64,000 bases of DNA, from assembly GCA_977017645.1 (NCBI GenBank), contig OZ360236.1, forward strand, positions 50,778,001 to 50,842,000, read 5' to 3'. This stretch comes from Torpedo marmorata (lineage: Eukaryota). A model generated the notes under the pieces. That model did no database searches. It was not told the origin of the DNA and worked only from the letters and a program-made list of their open reading frames with translations. Position numbers and translations under genes: made by a program. Of the stretch, positions 24,801 through 37,264 are shown piece after piece (position 1 is the first letter of the stretch; each line of letters starts with the position of its first letter).

Positions 24801-25596
24801 CTCACAGAGGTTCTGCGACCGAGAGGACTGGAGTACGCTGTATGCTGCGGAGACCAACGGGGGAGTTCGATGGTGAGGCCGGCCGGGGCAAATGACGGGA
24901 AACCCAGTCGCAGTGGCACTGCGGGGTGCGATGTTGGAGGGAGATGGAGGCGACGTCAGTGGCCAAGGACTCAGTGGGGTTTTTCCCTTCTGGACATGGG
25001 CGCAGGGGCGCTGAACCCTACAGAACTCTGGGTTAAATGAACTGGGGCGGTTCTGTGCTGTGTAGTTTTGTTGTGGTATCGAGCCTATTGTCCGACCCTA
25101 CTGTTTGTAGTATTGTAGTCACTGTATAGTAACGAGGGGGGGGTTATTCGTGTATGGCGTGTCCCTTGTGGATTATTGTGTGTTTAGTACGTCCTTACCG
25201 CGAGCATTTTTAAGATAGCTACGCTTGGTTTGCGGCGGCTTCTTGGCGGGTAAGCGGTTGGACCTGGTTGTTTGTTTTGTTTGCGCCCATGCTGGCTGCT
25301 TGCCTGCTGGGGATGGCCGCGCATTAATCCGCAGCGACTTCCTCGACAGGTTGAGTGGTGGGCAGTGGATGTTTTGGTTAGTTTTGTTTTGTTTGTCAGC
25401 AGGCATTGTCTTGGCCTTGTCTCGTGTTTTATGGGCACTGACCGGGGAAACTCAATTTCGTTTTGCTCTATGTAAGTAGTGTAAAATGACAAATAAATTA
25501 TTCTGATTCTGATTCTGATTAAAGGACACTGTTTGACCTGCTGAGCTTCTCCAGCATTTTGTGTTTTTACATGGTGTCTACAGATTTTTGTGATTT
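21853..25596 (-). mobile_element. Penelope-like element (family 2) with partial tandem 5' duplication and inverted terminal arm
   Basis: RT ORF 22467-23492 (MDIQSLY, GVAMGTRMGPSYA, RYIDD), GIY-YIG 22147-22500; 23986-24303 repeats the endonuclease region; plus-strand arm 24304-24402 and 25521-25596; TSD act(g/a)ctccttaaagag at 21837-21852 and 25597-25612. Confidence 0.9.
24403..25520 (+). mobile_element. ~1.1-kb CpG-rich non-coding retroposed element with (TTCTGA)n tail
   Basis: Interrupts the Penelope arm (tacctttgct | aaaggacactg); ends aatttcg...tgacaaataaa-ttattctgattctgattctga. Confidence 0.7.
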
Positions 25597-25874
25597 ACTA
25601 CTCCTTAAAGAGCTTTGCAATTTTGAACAACTACATTTGTGGAGTTGCAATAACAGCCAGATCTCAACCAGCAACCAGGTTACAAGGCATCAACGACTCC
25701 ATGAAATAATGCTGATTGGACGGTCAGTCTCACTCTTTGATGTACATCCGGCTCTGCAAGGTTCACAGGTTGTTATCATCTCCAAAATGGCAGATTACTG
25801 ACATGGTAATCAGTCAGCTGAGGAAACTGTCAGCATATCCTCTGCATGCAATCTGATGCTCTCACTAACCTCAG

Positions 25875-26024
25875 TGGAGGCATACGACACAACACCTTTC
25901 AATCTGTCTTCTGCATTTCGAGATCTTGTAAAGACTCATTTTGAACTTTGTGTTACATCGATCAATGAGGAAATGTATGATGAAGGTGGATGGAGATTGG
26001 AGAAAAATTGTCCTTCTTCGATAT
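25875..26024 (+). CDS. Candidate host exon, gene unidentified
   Basis: ctaac..ctcAG acceptor, 150-nt open frame (EAYDTTPFNLSSAFRDLVKTHFELCVTSINEEMYDEGGWRLEKNCPSSI), GTAAGC donor; unique sequence. Confidence 0.3.
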
Positions 26025-27870
26025 GTAAGCTTTAAAATTTACGTAACTTGATTCAAAGACCTAGAGGAAGCCATTTAATCTACATTTGTTTATATCAACT
26101 CCCAACTTTATTTTTCTGATTTTTGTAGTTTTGACTTCACTGGAGGTGTAATTATTCTTTCTGCATCAAGAAACAAGAATTTTAAGTTTGCTAATTCCAG
26201 AACAGAAATTTAACCACAAGGTATATTTCTATACAATACTTACATATTTAGCAGTGAAAAAAAATCACAATGCAAAGGATCAAATCTAAATTATACAACA
26301 TTAAGAGCTGCATAAATGTTAGGAATCTTGTTTTGATTGTGAACAAAAAATAACTGTTTTTCAATTATTTAAAAAATATACAAATATGTTCATATGTTTA
26401 AATTCCAATTAGTTATCTAGCCAATTGTGCCTGCATTATATATAATTTTAAACAATATATTTGGGGTCATTTTCATTGTTATTCTAAAGATAATGCACAT
26501 AAAAGTAACGCTCTAATATCTTTAACAGAAACAATTTTATCAGTAACTGACAATTGTGCACATTTAAAATAATTTTATAGCTGTTTTCTTACTGCTTCTG
26601 AACTATCATTTTTTTTAAAAATTGAAGCTCATACGAATTTGGGGAAAACAAGAAATGAGACTTTTTGTTATTTTGCTTACTTCATCATCTCCTTAAACAA
26701 AAGCAATGATTGATATCATGATTCAGAGCCCAAGGCCACAAAATAGCACCTCCTGTTTCTGAAACATCTTCCAATATAGCTTACTGTGTAAAAGCCCCAA
26801 AGTATTCATGTGAAAATGTTGACTGAGGGTGGTCACCATCTGTGCGAACTATTTGAGGTCTCATATCATCCCAATGATATCTCCCCTGAAGGCAGGAGGA
26901 AGCCAGGCAGCCTGAAGTGCAATCATAAGGGATGACTTCCATTTTAGAGGAAAAGTAAATAGGCTTCAGATAGTGCCATGGAATTCGCTTTCCGTTGGAG
27001 AGTTTTCTGGTTTACTCTCTTAAACAAACAAAACCCTTGGATGATGTGATAAGTGTCACTGTGCTGCTACTATTCTTTGAGTTCCAAATTAAAACAGCAT
27101 TGCCTGTCTACAAAGGGGATTCGCTGCAGTGTGACTTGCAAGATTTTAAATGAATTTGATCTCCTGAGTGTTTACACTGCTCATCACCTTGCCAAACCAA
27201 CCCAGGGGCAGGTCAGTTATTAATAAATAAGTATTTGAAAGCTCAGAGGGCAAGAGAACATGTAAAGAATGAGATTCAAATCTTGCCTGCTTCCACCAGC
27301 ATCTTTTTTTTAATTCAATCCTTTTGAAATAGAATTCGTAAACTGAATGTTTCTCATACTGAATTTATGGTATTGATTAATCCCCTGTTTAAAATACATA
27401 AAAGTGTAATAATTATAAGCTCCATCTCACTCCTGAGTTAACAGAGGATTATGTGTTTTTAAACAATATATGCTGCATACCACTTGTGGTTAATGTAAAA
27501 AAGAAATTCAACAACATCATTGCAAATGACTGACGAAACCAGTATTACCCTAAATTACATACAGTTGTGAGCATATCTGCAAAAGCAATCAAAGACTTAA
27601 ATTTCCCACTCAAATATATACATGCAATCTACCCACATCTTGGAATGATATCAGTAAAGAGGTTGTTCAATGGAGATCACCATAGCTGCAGCCAATAACA
27701 TATCCAGGACCTTAACATTTTAAATGGCCATTTTGACAAAACCCAGTTCTGACAAAAGAAACAGAAAGAGATGTCTTAAAGTGGCAATGATGTTAATTTG
27801 ATTTGCAATATAATGTATGAACACACATTGCTGACATTGAATTCTGCATTGAAAACGCCTTCCAGCAAAC

Positions 27871-28770
27871 TCAAGTCTCAAGTTAAGTTTATTGTCATCT
27901 GATTGCACAAGTACAACCCCACGAAACAACGTTCTCCGGTCCTTGGTGCAAAACACGCAGACACACAACCAGACGTAACCCACATACAAACAATACACAT
28001 GCAGGATAAGTATTCTAATATACAAATAAATAAATATTGTTTCATGAATATGAGAGCCTCGCATGGTTAGTGTGAGCAGTTCAGAATCAGAATCAGAATT
28101 TATTGTCATGAACAAGTCACAAAATTTGTTGTTTTGTGGCAGCATCACAGTGCAAACATTTATATAAACCACTTTACAAAAATTTAAAAAAATAGTGCAC
28201 GAAATGTCAAAGTAAGGCAGTGTTTTTGGTTCATTGATCATTCAGGAAGCTGATAGCAGCGGGGAAGAAGCTGTCCTTGTGCCGCCAAGTGCTTGTCTTC
28301 AGGTTACTGTACCTTTTTCTCAATGGTAGCAGAGTGAACAGATCTGTGTGTGGGGGGGGGGGGTCCTTGAGGATAGAGGCTGCTTTCTTAAGACACCGCC
28401 TCTTGTAGATATCCTCGATGGAGTGAAGTCTTGTGCCCGTGATGTCGCAGGCCGAGTTAACAACCCTCTGGTGTTTTTTTTGTCCTGAGCGTTGGCACCT
28501 CAGTACCAGACAGTGAGGCAACCAGCCAGAATGCTCTCCATGATACACCGTAGAAGTTTTCGAGAGTCTTCAGTGACATACTGAATCTCCTCAAACTCCT
28601 CACAAAGTATAGCCGCTGGCGAGCCTTCTTCATGATTGCATCGACATGGTCATTTCTTTGGTCATTCAGCATTCTCACTGCCCGTGGGAAGAAGCTGTTC
28701 CTCAGCCTGGTGGTGCTGGCTCTGATACGCCTGTATCTCTTTCCCGATGGGAGCAGCTGAAAGATGCTTC
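27871..28770 (-). mobile_element. Rex1 3' end (27871-28080 and 28651-28770) interrupted by a second Rex1 subfamily copy (28081-28650)
   Basis: LLPSGKRYRRIRASTTRLRNSFFP in the outer copy; KKARQRLYF..RVVNSAC.. and (TTCTGA)n tail in the inner copy. Confidence 0.8.
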
Positions 28771-29380
28771 CTTGCAAAATTCAGTAAAAATTGCCATTTA
28801 CTTGGACATCTGGAATTAAAAGCAGGGTCAAGCAATTCATCAAAAGTTTTCATGGACCCATGCAAATAAGACCTGTGACCTTGCTGAGGTGATAACGGAG
28901 ATGGCACAGTAACAAATTAGCATCGCAAAGAAGGATCTCTAATTTCAGAGATAACTATTCTTACCAAAAGAAACCTTGCAGCGAGGTTGATCTAACCCCA
29001 AACCATTTATTGACTTGTCAAGTGAATGATGAATGCTTATAGTGGTCCCAGATCACACTTTTATCTGTGATGAATGACCTCTGGTAGAGTGTTGTCATGG
29101 GTGAAAATGTCCACTGCAATCTTGGGTTAGGAAAGGAAGCATTGATCGGTAATCCTGCTGTTTTTGGATTCTTGGGAAGAGAATTAGGAGGGGTCCCTTG
29201 GATGCATCTCAAAACTCCTGTGACCACTGAAAGATGAGTAGCATTTCCCTCGTCATCCAATATTACAATGAAAAGTTCTCATTTCTGTGCACAGTCCAAC
29301 AATTTGTCAAATGATATCCCCAGTTTAACACCTTTCTCTTTCACTCTGTTAAGTTTCATCCTAATTTTCTCTTTTCCTCT

Positions 29381-29619
29381 CGGTGGCACAGTTAGCGTAG
29401 CAGTTAGCATGATGCTATTACAGCGCCAATGAACCAGGTTCGAATCCGGCGCTGTCTGCAAGGAGTTTATACGTTCTCCCCGTGTCTGTGTGGGTTTCCT
29501 CCGGCTGCTCTGGTTTTCTTCCACCCTTTAAAACTTTCCGGGGTAAAAGGCCCTTCCGGGCCACGAGCCTGTGCCTCCCAAATACCCCAATTATCCTACA
29601 ATCCCCCTACGTTTTGAAT
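29381..29619 (+). mobile_element. V-SINE with 3' half inverted
   Basis: 29381-29545 forward head and V-domain; 29549-29619 matches the minus-strand 3' half. Confidence 0.75.
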
Positions 29620-32600
29620 GATCAATTAATCTCATCCACCTCATTCTTTTCCTATACTGCTGGATTTATTTCTTCAATGTGCTTGAAATCCTTCTTTTGA
29701 AGCTGATTGAGGAGGGGTTGGGGATGACATCTTTCCATTCCAGTTCTCAGGGTCTGAGATGGCTGTAGAGTTTGTTATAAAATGAACAGAGCGGGCAGGC
29801 AGGGTTTGATGGGATGGGTGGATGGATTATTTGGACCATTGTATACCCTTCCTTCATTTCCTCATGGTCTATGTATCTCCCCGCTGTAGAGACTCATGGT
29901 GGACAGTTCCTTTCCAGAGGCTCTTGCTCCATTTTCAACAGTAACTGGCCAGGAATTGCCATGAGTCAGTGATGTTGCATTGTTTCCAAGAAACATTGAC
30001 AATTTCTGAAGCATTTTCCTTTGCTCCCTGCAAATCTCTCACTGTGACAGATCTCAGGGCAAGAGTAGCTCCAGGAGTCTGGCATCACACATGTGTACTA
30101 GGTATTCTAGTCTCAGATTTGGTTAAATGATATCAGAGCTTTAATGCTGGCCTGGCAGGTCATGTTGACATTGGTTCATTGGACCTGACAAAGAACTTGT
30201 AGCATTGTCTAGTGTTCTGTTCTACGATATATTGCCCGCAGCTCCAAAGCATGGAAATGAGCAAGCATCACTGCTGATTGGTCAAACTCAAGCTTGGTTC
30301 CATTCTGAGGACTTGCTGTGCAAACACCCTTTTCTTCAGTGTCACTAGTGCACTGGAGGCAGTGTGTCTGCCTTTGCTGAGAGGTAGCTCCTGAAGTAAG
30401 GTAAGCAATTCATATTTCCAGTCTCATTATGGATTTGATTGTAGGGCAATGGTGAGCACAACTTGGTGCAAGGACTGTTCTCTTATACACTTTAGTGAAA
30501 GAATAAATGGTGACTTGGAGTTCTGATTCCAAACCTGGTCTGTGCACTGTAAATTAATACCTATCAGTCCACCCATCAAGGAGAACAATGGATATGATGT
30601 TCACCAGGTAGCAAATTGAAGAAAAATGTATAGAACTGTTCTGAACACTGTAGGTGGTCTTGTTTGAGCATATGAAAGCTTTTAATTCTATCAACTGAAT
30701 GGATTATGGAGAGTCCTCAAATTTAGATGTCCTCATTAGGCTTACATGTCATCTGCTTCATAAACTGTGATCCTAACTAATGACTCAATGACTACTGCTG
30801 ACTCAATCCCAGTGCAGACTGGGTTCAAGCAATGCTTTGCCATTACATCCAATGAGCTTTCCATGGAGAGGAGTTAATTGATCGCATAAACAGGACACTG
30901 TTCAACCTTCATTGTCTCCCCTCTAGAACCAAGATCACCAAAACCATTATCAATCGTGTACAGCATGAAGATGAACTCGAGAATGTATCCCTTTGGATAC
31001 CATCTCCTTCATTTTCCAAATGACCCTCTCACTGCTTTCTGATCTTTGTCTCAACATACTGGACAACACACTTGCCAATGGAATCAATGAAATTCAGAAT
31101 ATTTCATACTGTTCAGTCTGAAAATGCGTTATCTGAAAATAATTAACTTTCTTGTAACTCAAGTGGCTTACATTTGAAGGAAGTATTTCGGAATAACAGT
31201 GAATGCATCTTAATGTTCTTTTACAGTCCAGGAAGTTTGATTTACGTCACAAATAAATGAGAACTACAGGAACTTTCAAACTTTTTATGGTAGTCAGTGT
31301 TTAGAACATATTTACAGAAGTTAGCATTCTGGAACAGTCATATCTACATGCAACAGAATGGTAGCGCTGATTATCATAATTTTTGGCAATTGATATTCCA
31401 AGGTAAATATTATTGAAACATTAAAAAACAACTGTACAAACTAGTACTGAATATGCTTACTGAGGAATGAGGAAGACAAACAATTTAAATCATTCCCATA
31501 CTCATTGTTTAAGTTATCTTAATGTTATTGAATATCACAGATGATGCTGATGTATTTACATTCTGAAATTTCCAACCATGAAGCTTCCTGGAGAAAACAT
31601 TCGGGCAAAATGTTGTTTTTGGTCACTGGTGCTGGATGCAAGACGATCAGCCGCAGGTTGCACACGCCTCCTGCATAATCAGTTCCCATGGAACTTCTTC
31701 CTCCGTCCTTCAGTAAATAGATGTATACTTGTTAGCCGTCCAGAAATTAAAAGTTCCCACTTTCGCAGCTGCTACTAGTCTTATTGACAGTGTAACTGTG
31801 CAAATTGATGATGCAGTCTTTAATTAATAAGATACTTAAAAAAAACAATAGGGGAACATCTTGGCCTCAACATTCAAACATCTCAGCAGTAAAACATGGC
31901 CCATCCACAGCAGGGGGTTGCATTATAAATCAGGTGTTTTTTGAATGGAATGAACTAATTGTTTAGTCTGAATGTTTATACCCTGAAAACATAGCATTAA
32001 CTGTTAGAAACTTATTGCAGCAATAAAATGTCTAGACAGCAATTAACAGCCTTTTTCTTCAGATGTTTTTAAGAGTGCCATCGATGTCTGTTCACAGGTC
32101 TCTGGAAAGGCCAGAAAAGTTGGATAATTTGTTTTATTCTTGAAGGTGTAATATTTCTTTAGCTGTGCTTCCTGCTGATGTTTTTAAACCTGTATCACAA
32201 ATTTAAAATATCTTTCCTTTGCATTTATTTAATAAAGATAGCTGAATCATCTTACCTTTAGAAACTAGGTGTTATTTTATTGGTGCAATCTTTACCAACC
32301 ATTCTCAGTTCAACTCAGACCAAGTGGACAGTGACACTAGAAAGTAACTTAACATCTACTGGTTTAAATTGAGCTGAAACTGAGGGGGTATTTAGTAAAG
32401 TTTGAACTTTATTGGAAAAGTTACATTAAGAGTATAAATTAAGATCCTTCCAACAGAAATTTGCAATTATGATATTGTCACAATATTTTCAATTTATTCT
32501 ATATATTTTTAAAAAGTCTTTCTTTGCCTTCTTTATGTGCTCAAATCAAAGCATGTTAAGACAGACGCAGCCAATTAGAAAATCTGTGAATGCATTTTAT

Positions 32601-32939
32601 TTCAATGTGTTTTAGTAGCAAGAAGGCAGGGTGTGGGTGAGGAGAGAGTGCTGGGAGTGACCCTCTAATTTTCCCTCCTCTTTTGTGGAGTAGATCCTGG
32701 TCAAAGGGATTTCGCAACTCTAATTAGAAATCAGTGACAGGAAGTTTAAAGTGTGAACGTATTGCCTATCGATCAGTGTACCACGATATTCCTGAGCTTG
32801 AGTGCTTGCCAATTTTGCACACCTAGAGATATGTAGAAAACAAAACCTTTGATCCAGGAACTGCTGGCACCTATTAGAACACATCATCATTTGTCCAGGA
32901 GACTGCAAGGATGTCCACTTCACAGTGTCAATGACTCTT

Positions 32940-33222
32940 TTTAAAAATATTTTTTTAATATTTTATTTAAAATTTTAAATCACACGATAATACATGTTTA
33001 TAAAATACAAAATTACCAGAATACATGTGATATATTTTCACCCTCCCCTCCCTCCCTCCCCCCTCCCTAACCCACCCACCCCTACTACTCTAATAATATA
33101 GAAAGAAAGAAAAAAAAGAATAGAATTTGGAGAATGTCAATCTAAAAAAGAACTATACATTAATTTTATTGTGGAACACAGGTTTGCCAGTCAGACCTGA
33201 TATCAAGAGATCCTCAAATCAT
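32940..33222 (-). mobile_element. L1 3'UTR/polyA tail (D), similar to the 3'UTR of element A
   Basis: Shares gatttga.gatctct...tagattgacattctcc, G-tract and polyA with 41681-41954. Confidence 0.8.
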
Positions 33223-34988
33223 TGCTTCAAGAAATATGTTGCAGGAATGCAACCCTTTTTTAAAAAGTATATTTTATTTGTATTTTTATCAATAACAAAA
33301 ATAATACATCATCAAATATAATATTCGTCTGTTGACTATTATACTAAAAAACAACAACAAAATTACAAACAAAGGAAAACCCACCCACCCAATTCCCCCC
33401 TAAATGAAAGAAAAGAGAGGAATAGAATAAGAAAAGGTTGAAGTATAAAAGGAAAGAAGACGTTGGAGGCTCGTCGCCCACCCCGCAGGCTTAAATTACT
33501 TGGCATACTCGGATTTCTGAAGAGGAAATGGACATAGGTCCTGGAGGCGAGGGGGGGGGCCTGGTTATAGATTTACAGCCATGTGTTGTAAATATGGAGT
33601 CCAAATCTTTAAAAATATATCATATCTATTTCTAAGATTATAGGTAATCTTCTCAAGGGGAACACAATTGTACATTTCCTCATTCCATCTTGTCATACCT
33701 AGATGGGAATCAGACTTCCATGTGACCGCTATACATTTCCTGGCCACCCCCAATGCGATCTTCACAAATTTTATTTGAAATTTTGACAGCCTCATCTTAG
33801 GTCTTACGCCGGAGATATTGCCCAATAGAAATAATTCTGGGCGATGTGGGAACTGAATTTCGGTAATTTGTTCTAAGAGTTTCCCTAAGTCTGTCCAGAA
33901 AGGTTTTACTTTGGGGCATGACCAGGTTAAATGTAAAAACGTTCCTATTTCTTTGCTGCATCTAAAACATTTATCTGATATTTCTGATTTAAATTTATTC
34001 AATTTTTGCGGCGTGAGATTGCACCAGTCTGTATCTCACATTTACTGTGTTTTTCATACTGTCCCGACATAAGTCTGACTCCCATCTCTGTCTAGATCTA
34101 TGTAGCCCCTGTTTAGGGGTTCCTTTTTGTAGTAAAAGATAGGCTGCTGAAATAAACTTCTTTGTGATCCCCTTTCGAATGAAAGTCTCCACTTCAATTT
34201 ATCCCTTAAGTAAGATCTCAGCTGGAAATAGCAGAAGAGTGTATTAATCATAATACCATACTTATTTTTTAATTGTTCAAATGACATAAGTTGTAAAAAA
34301 TTACATTATAATTTATTACAAACATACAAAATGGAAAAGTTAATTGAAAGAACTAAACAAAGATATTATGAGTTAGGGGAAAGAGCACATAAAGTTTTGG
34401 CATGGCAATTAAAAAAAGATCAAGCTTCTAGAACTATAAATGCTATTAGGAAAAAGAATTCTAGGGAAATAACTTATAAAACACGAGAAATAAATGATTC
34501 TTTTAAGGATTATTATTTAAATTTATATAAATCTCAGATTGATCAAGATAACTCTAAAATTAATAGATTTTTATCTAAAATTACATTACCTAAACTAAAT
34601 ATTCAAAGTAGAGAAGCTTTAGATTTACCTTTCTCAATGAGGGAAGTTAATGGTTCTTACTTCCTTAACGAGTGGTAAATCTCCAGGTGATGATGGATTT
34701 CCAGCAGAATTTTATAAAGAGTTTAAAGATTTATTGATACCTCCGTATATGGATGTATTAAATCAAATTACGGAAACCCATTCATTATCGGACACATTTT
34801 TAAATGCAATAATTAGAGTTATACCTAAAAAAGATAGAGATGTATTGAAAACTGAATCATATAGACCTATTTCACTGTTAAATGTAGATTATAAGATAAT
34901 GGCAAAAATTTTAGCAAATAGAATGGCTAATTATTTACTAGATTTAATTCATGTAGATCAAGCTGGTTTTATTAAGAATAGATATTCA

Positions 34989-37264
34989 TTATGTGGCAAT
35001 TTAAACTGAGTGGTTCTTTTACATACAGTATAGTCTCCCTCTGTAAGAGGCATAATTTCACTTTTATCCCAATTTATCTTGTAACCAGAGACTTTTCCAT
35101 ATTCCTCCAGTTTGAAATGTAGTCTTTGCAAAAAAGTCTCAGGCTCTGTCAAGTCTATTAAAACATCATCCGCAAATAGACTAATTTTATGTTGCTCTTG
35201 ACCAACTGTAAATCCCTTAATTGCCAAATCACTTCTAATAGCCTCTGCTAACGGTTCTATAGCTAATACAAATAAAGCTGGTGACAATGGACACCCTTGC
35301 CGACTAGATCTTGTTAAACAAAACGAAGTTGATATTTGTCCATTAGTCACTACTTTGGCTTTTGGAGCATTATATAATGCTTTAATCCAATCTATATAAG
35401 TCTTCCCAAATCCAAATTTCTCCAAAACTTTGAATAAAAAGTCCCATTCCAACCTGTCAAAAGCTTTCTCTGCATCTAATGCCACTGCTACACTTAGTAC
35501 TTTTCTTTTTTGGGCTAAATGAATAATACTAAGTAACCTTGCTACATTGTCAGCTGCTTGTCTTTTTTTTATAAAACCTGTTTGGTCCATATTTACTAAT
35601 TTTGGCAAAAATTTTGTTATCCTATTTGCCAGAATTTTTGCCACAATCTTATAATCTGCGTTCAATAATGAAATTGATCTATATGATGAGGGTTTCAATG
35701 GGTCTCTATCTTTTTTTGGTATTACTGTAATTATTGCAGTGGAAAAAGATTCTGGAAGTGTATGGGTCACTGAAGCTTGCTGTAACATATCCATAAAAAT
35801 AGGAATTAATAATTCCTTGAATTCTTTATAGAACTCTGGTGGAAAACCATCCTCTCCCGGCGCTTTATTACTTTGTAATGAGCTAATTGCTTCCTTTACT
35901 TCCCTCTGCATAAACTGTGTACTTAATTCTAATCGCTCTTGTGTATTTAATCTTGGTAGATTTATCTGTGATAAGTATCCATCAATTTTACTATCGTCTT
36001 GTAGAGATTCTGATTTATATAAATCAGAATAAAAAATTTTTAAAGAATCATTTATTGTTTGAGGTTTATAACTAATAACATCAGTCTCAGTTTTAACTGC
36101 ATTGATTGTTCTTGATACTTGTTCTGTTTTTAATTGCCATGCTAATACTTTGTGTGCACGTTCACCTAACTCATAATATCTTTGCTTAGTTCTTATAATA
36201 GTTTTTTCCGTTCTATAAGTCTGTAACATATTATACTGTAGCTTTTTATTAGTTAATTGTCTACGTTTATCTATAGAACTCCTCTTTTGCAAATCTTTTT
36301 CTAAAATCGTTATCTCTTTTTCTAGTTGATCTATTTCATTCATGTAATCTTTTTTAATTTTTGAAGAATAACTTATAATCTGACCTCTTAAAAATACTTT
36401 TAACGTTTCCCATATTACAAATTTATCAGGCACTGAATTTAAATTTGTTTCACAAAATATTTGAATTTGCCTCCTTATAAAATCACAAAAATCTGTTCTT
36501 TTTAATAATAAAGGATTTAATCTCCATCTGTATACCGATTTCTCTATATCAGGTATAACCACTGTCATCAATAAAGGTGAATGGTCAGACAAAATTCTAG
36601 CTTTATATTCTGCTTCTAAAATTCTATCTTGCATTTGAGCTGAGACTAAAAATAAATCAATTCTAGAATAAGAATCGTGTCTAGTAGAATAAAATGAAAA
36701 ATCTTTATCTCTGCGATGAATTCTCCTCCAGGCATCAATCAAGTTTAAATCATTCATTAATACCAACGTAGCCTTTGCTGCTTTAGTTCTCCTCACACCT
36801 CTTGTAGATTTATCTAAAACCGGGTCTAAGCAGAAGTTGTAATCTCCCCCTATTATAATATTTTCATGCGCTTCCGCTATGTTAAGAAAGGTCTCTTGAA
36901 TAAATTTGTCATCATCCATATTGGGAGCATATATATTCAAAAAAGTCCAAAATTCTGCATATATCTGACAGTGAATCATTACATATCTCCCTGCAGGATC
37001 TGTCACAACATTCTGTATCTTAATTGGAAGATTATTTTTTATTAAAATTGCCACACCCCTTGCCTTACTATTAAATGAAGAAGCCATTACATACCCCACC
37101 CAGTCCCTTTTTAATTTCAGATGCTCTTTCTCTGTTAAATGTGTCTCTTGTAAAAAAGCCACATCAACACCCAATTTTTTAATATATGCTAAAACTCTTT
37201 TCCTCTTAATTGGTTCATTTATCCCATTAATATTAAAATTCAAAAATCTTAATATATTGCTCAT
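34989..37264 (-). pseudogene. L1 ORF2 endonuclease + RT portion (~760 codons, uninterrupted)
   Basis: Starts MSNILRFLNFNING; FLQETH, GGDYN, SDH, QGCPLSP and FADD motifs. Confidence 0.9.

Noticed and set aside
29700-30900. Very old RTE-like LINE remnant
   Set aside because: Only a vague resemblance; too degraded to call by eye
31560-31800. Possible exon or conserved element with several CpGs
   Set aside because: No convincing splice-site pair or recognisable peptide; cannot be supported without alignment
33241-33257. caggaatgcaacc as the TSD of element C
   Set aside because: Weak match to 44812-44825; the 32924/44816 16-mer matches much better
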